From the human T2T-CHM13v2.0 reference genome, Homo sapiens, in assembly GCF_009914755.1 (NCBI RefSeq), contig NC_060928.1: 64,000 bases of DNA; one strand, 5' to 3'. A program made the position numbers and the translations under genes. Under the pieces are notes generated by a model. That model had not been told where the DNA came from. It ran no database searches and saw only the letters and a program-made list of their open reading frames with translations. Of the stretch, positions 15,833 through 28,620 are shown in pieces (position 1 is the stretch's first letter; the number at the start of each line of letters is the position of its first letter).

Positions 15833-16132
15833 ATGGTGGACGCCTCTCCCCCAGCCTTGCTGCCACCTTGCAGTTTGATCTCAGACTGCTGTGTTAGCAG
15901 TGAGCGAGGCTCTGTGGGCTTGGGACTCTCTGAGCCAGGCATGGGATATAATCTTCTGGTGTGCCGTTTGCTAAGACCATTGGAAAAGCGCATTATTAGG
16001 GTGGGAGTGTCCCAATTTTCCAGGTACCATCTGTCACGGCTTCCCTTGGCTAGGAAAAGGAATTCCCCGACCCCTTGTGCTTCCTGGGTGAGGCGATGCC
16101 CCGCCCTGCTTCAGCTCACATTCGGTGACTAA
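15833..16132 (+). CDS. L1 ORF0-like antisense ORF (99 aa) in the L1PA 5' UTR; expression unknown
   Basis: MVDASPPALLPPCSLISDCCVSSERGSVGLGLSEPG... resembles primate L1 ORF0 (MAGAPPPASLPPCSLISDCC...). Confidence 0.55.
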   Translation: MVDASPPALLPPCSLISDCCVSSERGSVGLGLSEPGMGYNLLVCRLLRPLEKRIIRVGVSQFSRYHLSRLPLARKRNSPTPCASWVRRCPALLQLTFGD

Positions 16133-17038
16133 CAAGCCCCAGTGAGATGAACCCAGTACCTCAGTTGGAAATGCAGAAATCGTCCTCTGCATCGCTCATG
16201 CTGGGAGCTGTATACTGGAGCTGTTCCTTTTTGGCCACCTTGGAGGGTTTCTGCCAAAACATTTTTTGAGAAATGTAAAAGAAATTATTTTCAGATAAAC
16301 AAAAATTGAGATAATTTTTTGATGTAGGACCTGCCTTACAAGAAATACTGAAAGAAATCCTCTAAGCTGAAATGAAGAACACTAGGAAGTAACTCATATT
16401 TACATGAAGAAACAAAGAGTACTGGTAAAGTCAAGTACATAGGTAAATATAACAAACAATGTAAACTTATTTTTTGTACTTTTTTGTACTATATTATTTA
16501 ATGTCTTTTTTTGGTCTTACATTACTTAAAAGACAATTGTATAAGGCAACCATTATAACTCTAAGTTGATGAGAACACAACATATAAACATATAATTTGT
16601 GAAAATAATAATATTAAAGGAGGCAGGAAAATAAAATTATAGAGAAGCAGAATTTTTATGTTACTTAAGTTACTGTTAATAAGAACTAGATTTTTATAAA
16701 TAAAGAGATTAATGGTTATTCCCAGGGCAATCACTACGAAGGAAATTCAAAAACTAGAGTAAAGGAAATGGCAAAGCAATTAAAAATGGTGTAGTGGTAT
16801 AGTGAAAAGTATTTAATATAAAAAGGGGCAGTAATGGAAGAATTGAGAAACAAAAATCATGCAGGACAAATGGTAAAATTGCAGACACAAGTCTTAACTA
16901 ATCGATTATTATATTAAATATAAATCAATTAAACTGTCTAATTATTAATAAAATGCAGTGATTGGCTGAATAAAAAAACACAACATTCTCCAACTATATG
17001 CTACATATAAAAGACATACTTATAATTAAAAAGACACA

Positions 17039-17336
<298 letters not shown>

Positions 17337-17829
17337 TTAAAAGACATAAAAACATTTAAAATAAAATAATGGAAAAATATAGTCTATACAAATGATAACC
17401 AAAAGAAAGTTGGAGTGCCTAGACTAATAGAAGACAAAATAGACTTTAAGAAAAAAGTTGTTAGTAGAGATAAAAAGGATATTTTATATAGATAAAACAG
17501 TCAATACGCTAAGAATTTATACCAATTATAAATGTATATGCATCGAACAGCATAGCCTCAAAAGACAAAAGAAATAGAAATTTAAAAATAACAGTTGGAG
17601 AATTCAGTACTGCACTTTCAGTAATGGCTAGAACAACTAGAAAGATCAGTAGAGAAATAGATTTGAACAATACTATAAACCAACTAGACCTAATAGACAC
17701 ATATAGAATATTCCAACCAACAACAGTAGAATTCACATTCTTTTCAGGTGCACAATGAACACGTCCAGAAGAGCATTATTGGAACAGAAGAGCATTATTT
17801 CATATTGGAAATAATTATTGAAACAGAAC

Positions 17830-18520
17830 AGCATTATTTCATATTTCAAATATGAAAAAAAAACAGAACATCTATCAGCTGATGAATGAATGAACAAAAT
17901 GTGGTAGATACATATAATGGGATATTATTCAGTTATAAAAAATAAAGTACTGATACATACTACATGATGAATAAACCTTGAAAACATTATGCTTAGTGAA
18001 AGAAGCCAGATATTTTGTATAATTTTACTTATATGAAATGTGCAGAATAGGGCCGGACACAGGGGCTTATGCATGTAATCCCAGGATTTTGGGAGGCTGA
18101 GGTAGGTTTGTCACCTGAGTTCAGGAGTTCAAGACCAGCCTGACCAACATGGAGAAACCGTCTCTACTAAAAATACAAAATTAGCCATGAGTGGTGGTGC
18201 ATGTCTGTAGTCCCAGCTACTTAGGAGGCTGAGGCAGGAGAATCACTTGAACCCAGGAAGCAGAGGTTGCGATGAGCTGATATCACACCATTGCACTCCA
18301 GCCTGGGCTACAAAAGTGAAACTCTGTCTCAATAAATAAATAAATGTACAGAATAGACAAATCTACAGACATAGAAATAGTTCTTTTTCAGGTGAAGAAT
18401 ATGTTCTCAGATTAGATAGTGGTGCTAGTTGTACAACATACGAATATATTAAAACCTACTGAATTGTATATTCTAAAGGAGTGAATTTTTGGTATGTGAA
18501 TTATGTATCTTTTTTAAAAA
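17830..18520 (+). mobile_element. Old L1M 3' end
   Basis: ACAAAATGTGGTAGATACAT...AACCTTGAAAACATTATGCT...GGTATGTGAATTAT. Confidence 0.75.
18051..18342 (+). mobile_element. AluSp/Sq-like
   Basis: GACCAACATGGAGAAAC diagnostic; TSD AAATGT(G/A)CAGAATAG. Confidence 0.9.
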
Positions 18521-19339
18521 GGAAAGAAGCAATATTCTAGAACTAGTTTATCATCTAAAACTTGATGCAATAGCACCACAAGGTATACTGGCTAGTGCTT
18601 AAAGGCTTTTCAGACCACAATTTACATTGGCTAGCCTTAGATGGTGTTACTACTCCATTAAGAGTTCCAGGATGTCCAACACCTAACACAAATCAACATT
18701 GTTTAAAATATTTGTTAACGGGAACATAAAGTCATAGCGTAACAGACAGACAGAGTATTCAAGATATTAGAATTATAATCCATATAAAAATGACAACTCT
18801 AAATTTTAATGTTAATGTCATATTAAATTTATATCACATTGAATTTATAAAGCTATGTTATTCAGTATAAACTCTTCTCTTTTAGTTGACCTTTCATTAC
18901 AGAATAAAACAGAAAGGCACTATAATGTATGGAAAGAACTAAGAAAACTAGAGTATTTAAGTAAAATTCTATAATCTTAAGTAAGTTGTTTAACCTCTCC
19001 TAGCATCAGATTCTGTGTAAATGGCTCTATTCTCCAGTTTTATATTATGAACAAATAATGTAACACATATAAATGTACTTTGTAAAATGGGAGGTCAATT
19101 TTTTAAAAATTTATTATTGTATAATACATGCAGGTTATTAATAAATTAGCACTCATGTCACTCTCAGTGATTCGTCAAGTATACTACAGGTCTCTCTCCC
19201 TTTGAGATTTATAAATTAAATACAAAATGTAATTCCAGGCCTTCAGGTGTTTATAATCTGACAAAAGGCGTCATTCTGGTTTTGCTAATGGGTGCAAATA
19301 TTCTATCATTTGTTTGCTTTCTGGATTGCTTTAATAATT

Positions 19340-20085
19340 TTTCACCATTTTGCTCTATTTTTCTGCTTATTTGCATACCTGAAAATGCTTGATGGGATGC
19401 CAGACATTTCAATTTTTTCTTATTGAGTGTAAGATACATTTGTATTACTAGAAATATTTTTGAGTTTGTTCTGGAACATAGTTGATTAACTTGGAAACAG
19501 TTTGATCCCTGTGTATCTTGCTTTTAAACTATTTGCACTGGACTGGAACAAAATGTCGCAAAAGCCTGTTTCACATGCCCTCTGATGGCCTGTGAATTAT
19601 GCCATCTCTCACTCTAGCTGATAGAAACAGGGACTATTAGTTCATGTTCCAGAGATTTTTACTCTAATTCTTTGGATGGTTCTTTTCCCCAGCCTTGGAT
19701 CATTTTCTCACATGCTTGTGTTTATCAGTATACATCTAAAGGCTGGTGGTGGACTGTCTCTGGATGGCTAGAGTTCTTTCTCTGCTAGCTTTTTGCTCTC
19801 TTTTCCTTTTCCTACAAATGCCTGCCCACTCTGGCTCACTCAGAATCCCAGCTCTGTCTTGTCAACTGAGAGAGATGGCTAGGATCTGCTTAGCTTCTCC
19901 CTCCCTACATTGCAGCCTGCAAACTTTCTGCATGTGGCAAGACTGGGCAGTTGCGAAGTTGATCGTGTTTGCTTCCCCTTGCGCTGAGATCACTCTCTTT
20001 CACTGTCTGATTTCCAATGTCTTGAGACACATTCAGGTGGGAGACTAAATGCTTTCCCTATTACTTCTTCTTGGCTAGAAACAAC
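19340..20085 (-). mobile_element. Old L1ME/L1MC 5'-region fragment
   Basis: GGATGCCAGACATT...AACTTGGAAACAGTTTGATCC motif typical of old L1 5' regions. Confidence 0.55.
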
Positions 20086-21859
20086 AGTACTTCGATATTA
20101 ATGTTTTCATTTTATTGGTTTTATGGCCTGTTTGTATCTAATTTGTGATTTTAATTATATGGTTATGTAATGCCTATGAGCATAAGGAATGTATCAATGC
20201 TTTAATGTTTTTGACAAACCTAATACAATAACTAAAGTTACCCACAGGATAGGAGTCAGGGGAGGAAGGTATTGTTGTTCCTTAAAAGGTGTCTATATAT
20301 TACTCAAATTGTGCAGCACTGTTCTAGTTTGAAGCAGAATATGGTCTCAGTGTGTTTTAGCCTTGCATGACCTTTTGTTTTTAAAATGACTCTTTTTCTT
20401 TTCGTCTTTGCTATTTACCTTGGAATACCTTCCTACAATATTTTACTTTTGTGGCTCTCATGATACAGACATGGACTTTTCTCTCTCTGGTTAATACCAT
20501 CTATAAATCCTAGGATTTTTTACTCATAGAGGCTGGGCATTAAGAGTACACACCAGATTTAATAGATAGTGAACATTCTGGGATGATTGATGATATTCAG
20601 AACCAGAAGAACTTGGATGTGTAGAAAAAACATCAATATCAGGAAAGCAGGGAAGCCCCAGTGAAGACCTCACACTTAATTTTTTTATTCCTGCTCCTCA
20701 CCCTTGGTAGTTTTCATGGCACCTTCAGGTGATGAAAATGAAGAAAGACAGATAAAATATTTAATCATCAAAGTTTATAAAACTTGTGTGAAAGTTTGCT
20801 TTACTGATTCAGGCTTAAGACAGGATATTATCTACTTCAATTAGTTTGGAATACCCATGAGGGCAGTAACCACATATATCTTGTTTACAGTTGATTCCAA
20901 CACTAAGAACAATGACCAGAACAATTGCTCAGTAAAGACTGTATTTATTTACCTCATTATTTCTAGTATATTCAGCGTATGAGGGTAAGAGGTGGAAGAT
21001 CAAGATATCGGTATCTGTAAAGCACAGCTGTAGTAACTGGCAGATGTAGTAACTGAACTCTAATTCACTACGGTTGCTTACATTAATTATTGGAAGACAT
21101 AGACTAGAACTTCCAGGAGCAAATAAATCGTCTGTGTTTATTTCTTATTACATTCTTAGAGCCTAGCACATGTACAACACAGACATAATACACACTCAAC
21201 AGCAATGAAAAAGAAGTTATTATGTAAAATATGAGATGACAATGGACTGTCACTCATTCTGTAGGGTGGCTGAGGAAGGTGTCCTTTAGTGCGAGGTATC
21301 AGAGAGATTCAAGTAGGACAGTCTAGAATGGAAATCAGACATAGGATGTTTGGAGCCAAATAGAGTTGTGGTATAACAGGGGAGAGAACCATTTTATCAT
21401 TTACATAGGTAGTGTTTATCTAACCCAACGCTTGTTTTTATTTAACTTTATCCAGTACGCTTTTCATCATCCTATACATTCCTTGAAATATATTTAATTT
21501 AAATTCTGCCCTTTAAAGTGCTGGTTATTCTCTATAGTGATTGAAAAAGTGACCTTGAATAAGCCACTTAAATTTTTGATACCTTATGTAGGCCTCTCCT
21601 ATTTTGCTTACTAGGATTGTATGAGTATTATTATTTGAGATGCTCTAGCTGGCATTTGGTCTGGCCAAAAAGCCAAAATGGCTTTGATAGTTGATTAAAT
21701 TCCAGTGACAGTCACAGTGAGGAGAAGGAAAAAGGAATGCAAACAGTGCAGCAGTAGAATTTCAGGACAGAAAATGACAAGTCAAAAATTATGTTAAATT
21801 ATAAAAGATATTTTGGAAAGAATAGGAGCAGCTCCTCCATCTCTATTACCATTTACTAA

Positions 21860-22815
21860 TTCATTAACTCATTGATTCAACAAATACTTGAATTTCTGCT
21901 CTGTGCCAGGTACTTTTCAAGGTAACTTGTCACATCAGTGACCAAACAATTCCAGCTGTCATTGTTCCTCCTTACATTTTATCAGGAATGGGGACAGATA
22001 GAAGTGAAGACAGAAAATGAGCAGTAGGCATAATAAATAAGTTATGTAGTACAATTTTATACAGTAATACATGCTTTGAGAAAAAGAAAAATAGTGGAGC
22101 CCAGTAAAAGAGTTTAAGGGATGGTAAATGAGAGATCTGCTGAGTGCAGTTTTAGTAGGTGAGATTTGATCAAAGACTTAAGGAAACCGAGGAAGGTAGC
22201 CACACAGATGTCTGCGGGTAGGCCTGCTAGGTTGAAACAACAGCTAAAACCAAAGTCCAAGCCTGGAATGCCCCCATTGCATTTTTATGTCCCAGTGAGA
22301 CTTACACAGAATGATTAACAGGGACAAGAATTGAAGACAGAGTTAGAGAGAAAACAGGGGGACATATTATGGGCAGCCTTTTAGGTCATTGACTGTGGCT
22401 TTTACCCTACACAGAATGAGCAACAATGCATGTAGTTGAGCAGAGGAGTGAGCTGATCTGATTTTGGCTTTTGAAAATTTACTCAGACTGTAGTGTTGAG
22501 AATGACCATGCAGTAGGTGGGGCAAAAGTAAAAGCAAGTACATCTTTTAGAAAGCTTTTGCAGTAATTCATGTGAGATGCAATGCTTTGGGCCAGACTGG
22601 TAGCAATGCGGATGGTAAAAAATCATTAGATTGCAGATATATTTTAAAGGTTATTAAAGGTTATTAGCCTTTATGGCAGAATTGGCAAATATTAATAGAT
22701 TAGGTAGAGGCTGTAAAGAGCGTCAGAGATGATTCCAAGGTTATTGATCTGAGCATCTATAGGGATGGAGTTGCCATTAACCAAGAGGAGAAACGCTGCA
22801 GATAGAGAAAAGTTA
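21860..22815 (-). mobile_element. L2 3' fragment
   Basis: CATTGATTCAACAAATACTTGA...TGTGCCAGG tail plus purine-rich L2 body. Confidence 0.7.
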
Positions 22816-23324
22816 GATTATTGTTACTACCTAAATTATCTGCCCATCTCTAGTTTTGCCCCCTTTCAACTCTCAACTTTTTAAACAGAAAACCTGACTG
22901 AGTCCTAAGCTAATTAAAAATATTCATTAGATCACCATCTCTTTTAGGATAAAGTCCAAACTCCTTGACCTGATTTCATTTTTTATATTTTGTCTCTCCC
23001 TGTTCTTTTTCCTCCCATGCTTCCTACCCTTATCACCACACCATTAGTCAAATAATACCTAACATATTAGATATACTATCTTTCCATTTCTAAAATATGT
23101 AGCCCCCTTTTCTCATTCATCTCATCTATTGCTCATTCACCTTTGCTGTTACTTCTTCAAGGAAGCTATTTTGTTGAACACTATAATACATTCCCTAAAT
23201 ATACCCATATGTTAAGATGCTTTTGTTATTAGGACATTTTCCACATTATATCATAATTGCACATTTAATTTCACTCACCATTCACTGTAAACTTCAGTAG
23301 GAATCAAATCTGGCTCGTTTTTTA

Positions 23325-23801
23325 AATGTACAAGTTAGCTGTGTAACACATCATCAGAAACATAGGGTCTTAATACAACAATAATTACTTATTTTGCTCA
23401 CAAATCTACAATATAGGTAGTCTCAGTGGGTAAAGTTTACTTATGCTTCATGTGGTATGAGCTGGGATGGCTTGACTTGAGCTAGACTCAAGGATCCAGC
23501 TTAAAATGACTCATGCATGTGGCTTGCAAATAGGGGATACCTGTCACTTCCACTCCACGTGAGCCTCTCCGTGGGGTTACTTGATTCCAAGAACAAGCTT
23601 TCCAAGAGATTCAGTCAAAAGCTCTGTCATCTTCTATAATCTAACCATACAAGTTATATAGCCTCACTTTCACCGCAGTCACACGCTTCAGATTCAAAGA
23701 GAGAAAACGTGGGCCCCGCCTCTCTCTGAGGAGAATGTAAAACTTACATTTTAACAAGAGCATGCAGTGGGAGCTAGTTTTGGAATACACAATCTGCCAT
23801 T
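23325..23801 (-). mobile_element. MLT1 (MLT1H-like) MaLR LTR
   Basis: GCTGTGTAACA...TTGCTCACAAATCT...GGAATACACAATCTGCCA. Confidence 0.6.
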
Positions 23802-24394
23802 CTCACCATTGTGTTTCTGTGACATACCAAATTGTCTGGCATATCATAGAGGCTCAATAAATATCTTTGGAATAATTCAAATGTCTCTCTCAATAGCTTA
23901 CATTTCTCTCCGTAATGAGAAGCCTCTCTTTATTATGTATGAGTAACTGGGTGTCATGGAGTTATCAACAGAACCCAAAATTCTCTGTGTTTTTGCTTTG
24001 TTTTATTTCTGAATAACATTTGAGGCATATGGAGCTGATTCACATAACTAACCCTATGTTCTACCTGGAAAGTACCTGTATTTCTTTCATTGGAGCCTTT
24101 AATCCATCAAATGTTTATTTTCAGAGGACAGGATTTTCTAATATTTCTTAGTTATTCCTTATTAGGACATTAATATATTTCTTTGAAAAACAATACATAA
24201 AATAGAAATGATTATAGTGCTAAGCAGTATAGTTTTTTATTTAGAAACAAGTTGACTAGGTTTTTTTTTCTTTGCATTTGGCTTTCCTACAAAAACTTTT
24301 GACTAGGCATTAATCTTTGGCTATTATAGTAATAAAAATATATTCACATTGATTTGTAAAGAGCCTTCTGTAAAGTCCAAAGTTTTAACTTACC

Positions 24395-24503
24395 ATATAT
24401 ACCACATATATACATATATATATATAAAACATCCTTTATATATATATATAATATATAGGAAGTTATATATATATAAGGAAGTTATATATATATATATATA
24501 TAT
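24395..24503. repeat. (TA)n low-complexity tract with duplicated AGGAAGTT
   Basis: Direct reading. Confidence 0.9.
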
Positions 24504-26614
24504 GCTAAGTGCATTCTTTGCCACTCCTAGAAAGGTAGCTATTATAATTACATAGCAGTCCTACTACTATATTCTCCAGAAAGTACAGTTTTAAATTTGA
24601 GCTCAATTTTTTCCTGAATCTATATGTACACATGTAAATATATTATCAACATACCATAACAGGATGAAAAGCTGATACTCCAATTTCCTAACAATCTGGA
24701 AGATGGGTAATGCCATTTACTGAATGCAGTGGAACTCTATGTGATTTACAAATACACAAACCTCTGAGTCCAAGAGATGTTGCAACTCTCTCAGTGTTTA
24801 CCTGGTGTAATAGTCTGTGCTCTTTTTACCATAAAAAGTTATTTTTTTCCCAAGCCATACATACTGGCTTTAACAGCTTCACTCAGTGGTTACTAATTTT
24901 GACAGACTGGAGAATAGCTTACATGTTTTAAATTGTTATGTGACTTTAGATACAAGACTTCAATATTTACCAGGAAGACTTTCTCAATTTCCCTTGGCAA
25001 AGACAATCTTTTCCTTATAAATAGTCCCATAATGACCCGGGGCATATTTTTACCATAACATTATCACTTTTTATAACAAATAAGTCTTTTGTATGCAACC
25101 ATCCATTAAATAAATATTTTTTAAACAAATATGTTTTCCAATTCAATCCAAGAGCTCAAACAAAAGAAACTTCATCTTCTTCATAGTTCTATTCATAGAA
25201 CTTAGCACAATGCCAGGCATATAGTGTTTCAATACACTCAAGTAACAGATTTATCTTCTTACAGTGCCAGAATTCCTACCTTGATCTTGTCTACTTATTA
25301 GCTCAGATTCCTCTGGTATTAAAGTTTGTATGTGTCTCTTCATTGTTTTTAAGAGAAAGCATCCTACGTGCTAACTTTAGGCTCTCTGATTATATTCCTG
25401 TCCATGTAGCCAAATTCCCTAGTAGGATTTCTGCCTATATTCTATTATCTTTTGTACCCCTTTCCTAACCACTTTTCAACTATCAGCATAAGTAGGTACC
25501 TTCCCCTTCTGTCCTTTGGAACTTCCCTAGTTTCTCTGTTCCTACCATCTTTGATAAAACTCACCTTGACTGTCTTCCAGCTGCTTTTTTGATACCTGCT
25601 AGACTATAACACATCCTTTATGGCAGAAAAACAAAACAAAATTCATATGACTTTAGATTTTAGCATGAAGAACAATAATTTCACAAATGTACCCATGAGT
25701 ACCTTGAATTTTCCAATCTTAAAAAAGCTTTCATAGCAGTCCTTTTAAGAATCTTAAAAAACAACTTTAAAAAGTTGGAAGTACAAAGTGAAAACAATGT
25801 ACATTTGCTGTTCATATTTTTAAAAAGTCTTTGTGAAGTGATAACTGTTTGCTACTCAGTCTGAGAGAGAGAGTTTGGAACTAAACCTTGGTTCAGATAA
25901 AGCCACTCATTTTTAATAGCTTCACTTCAGGGTCATTGAGATACTGATACACAGACCCAGTATCTCTACAGCAAATGTAAACAACCATCTCTAGTAAGAA
26001 AAAACAAAACAAAACAAAAAAACACTGTTTACAAAAGACACAGACATGCAGACACCTATTAGTTGAAATAATGCTAAAATATACCTTTTTGTTTTGCCCT
26101 TGAGCCAAATACCCCAAAGCATTTTCAGGTATTTAAGACCAGTGCAAAATTGCACAGATCAGTTGAGGCTAACAACGGTGAACCAAATGAAGACTGGCCA
26201 GCCTTCTGCACTGCAAGCGTCTGCTCCAAAGCCTGTATGGGCCTCACCACAGAGGACTGAGGAGACAAAAGGAGCATGCAGAATGTTGAAGAGAGAAAAC
26301 AGTGTGGCACTCTGGAGCCATTCTAGTTATCAAAATGTGGCTATCAGAAAAAGTCTGATTCCTGTAGTTTCAAGTGTTCTCAGAAGTCTCTGCCCCACAG
26401 ACAATATTCACTGTTTTTCCAAACCAAAATTCCAACCCAGCATGATGTTGACACCTCTATCTATCTGAATTCTTTCTCTTCCTTGGCTACTTCTCTCCAG
26501 CCTCAGTGGCTTCCTGCTGGTTCCTTGGACAGGCCAATCATGTTCCTCCCTCATGCTTCTGTGCTAGACTTTTTCAAGATTTTCATTAATATTGGAATTT
26601 GTAGCTGGAGATGA

Positions 26615-27211
26615 GATGATGGTTAATTTTAGTTGTCAGCTTGGATGGACTAAGGAATACCTAAAGAACTGGTAAAGTATTACTTCTGTGTGTGTCTGTG
26701 GGTGTTTCCAAAGGAGACTGGGGTGTGAGTTAGCAGGCTGAATGGGGAGGAGCTGCCCTCAGTGTGGGCAGGCACCATCCAATCCAATGAGAGCCCAGAT
26801 AGACCAAAAAAGAGAACAAAAAAGAGACAAAACAAAAATTTTGTCTCTCTCTCTTATGGCACTGAGACATTTTTTTGCTCCTGGTCTTTGATATTTGAAC
26901 TCCAGGCTCTCTGACCTTTGAACTCCAGGACTTAAGACCAGAAATCCCCCAGGTTCTCAGGTGTTTGGCCTCAAACTGAGAAATACACCATTGGCTTCTC
27001 TTGTTCTGAGGCTTTCAGACTTGGACTGAACCATGCGACCAGCATCCCAGAGTCTCCTCCAGCTTGCAGGTGGCCTATGATGGGACTTCTCAGTCTCCAT
27101 AACTGTGTAAGCAATTCCTCTAATAAATTCCCTGTCATCTATCTATCGCTCTATCTATCTATTTATTTATCTCCTGTTGGTTCTGTCTCTCTGGAGAACC
27201 CTAACTAAACA
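26615..27211 (+). mobile_element. MLT2B/C-like ERV-L LTR
   Basis: GATGGTTAATTTTAGTTGTCAGCTT start; CTGGAGAACCCTAACTAAACA end. Confidence 0.8.
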
Positions 27212-28072
27212 GAAAACTATACATATATATGCCTCCATGACAAAGTCACAAAAATCTTTTAGAAGCTATTAGAGTCTCCCTAAAATACAAGGTAAGGAAC
27301 TCAGTCTAATTTTATTTGCACTCCAAAAGATAAGGTGACTTCAGTTGATATCTATATTATAATTAATGATGCTGGCTATACTACATTATTTATTATTAGC
27401 ATTTTGTTCTGTGGTTTGATCAGGATGGGAGTGGGAAGCGACCAACTCATTATCCGAAAGCTCCACTATCCACTACTCTGCTTCTTTATGGCTGGACTTG
27501 TGACAGTAATTTGTTTTATTATACTTAAAAAAAATACAAGAAAGTATCAAATATGAAAGATGACTGCCTGCTAATTTCAGTGAGGCAGTCCCCCTTCTTA
27601 AAAGACATTAGTCATTCCTGTGAAAAACTGTGCTGATTCTGCCTCTCCAGCTGTGATGTGACCTTCTTATAGATGCAGAACCCTGCAAAGGGCTGAACCC
27701 CTGCTAGAGGCACATGGACACTTTCTCTTGCTTTGCTGACACATGTAGTATTCCTGACCCAAGATCTTCAGAGATGAAAAGTCATGATCAAGCGACCCTG
27801 TTAGATAAGCCTATACCCCAAAACTTTATTTCAAATTTCTGATGATCATTTGTAAGTAATTACCTAACTATCTAAGGAATTATAAAATCAAACTACTTGA
27901 GCGTCATGTATTTCTCTCCAGGAGGAAGAATTGTTTTTTATAGTATTTTCCAAGTTAGTGTTCTCTGGTTTCTTAGATATTTTGCACATTAATTAAGATC
28001 TGAAAATGATGACTAAGATGACTTTGAGATGTTACACTTCTCTCTTGATCTCCTGTCAACCCTCAAAGCTTT

Positions 28073-28620
28073 AGTTGCAGGAAAGGGATCCCAATCCAGA
28101 CCCCAAGAGAGGGTTCTTGGATCTCGCTCAAGAAAGAATTCAAAGCGAGTCCACAGTGCAAAGCAAAAGGAAGGCTGTTATTAAGAAAGTAAAGTGGTAA
28201 AAGTACAGCTGCTCCATAGAGTAGGACATTCTCGAAAGTAAGAGGAGGAATGCATCCACCCTAGGTACAACGCTTGTGTATATATATATATATATATATA
28301 TGATAAAAAGAGATCATGGGGAGATGTGCTCTGCTACAAAGGTTTGTGATAAAGGATTAATTTTCTTAGTTACTATAGTTTGCAAGAATCAATATCATTA
28401 TCTTTAAAGCAAAATTAGGAATGCCTTTGTTCTCCAGATATCAGGATATCTGGACACTCCCAAGTCTGGGTCTGTTTAGTAAACATTATTAGTTTCCTTA
28501 ACTGTAAACACCTGGAGGCAAAGAATGCCTGACTTTCTGGGTAGGCAGCTCAGCAAATCCCAGCCTCATTTTTCAAGCCCTCACTCAAATGGAGTCACTC
28601 TTGTTCAAACGCCTCTGACA
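28073..28620 (-). mobile_element. MER41 (C/D-like) ERV1 solo LTR
   Basis: Reverse complement begins TGTCAGAGGCGTTTGAAC; 4 bp TSD CTTT; internal (TA)n. Confidence 0.85.

Noticed and set aside
26094-26468. 124 aa ORF in mostly unique sequence
   Set aside because: Non-ATG start, no recognisable homology and no clear donor; cannot be supported as coding without conservation data.
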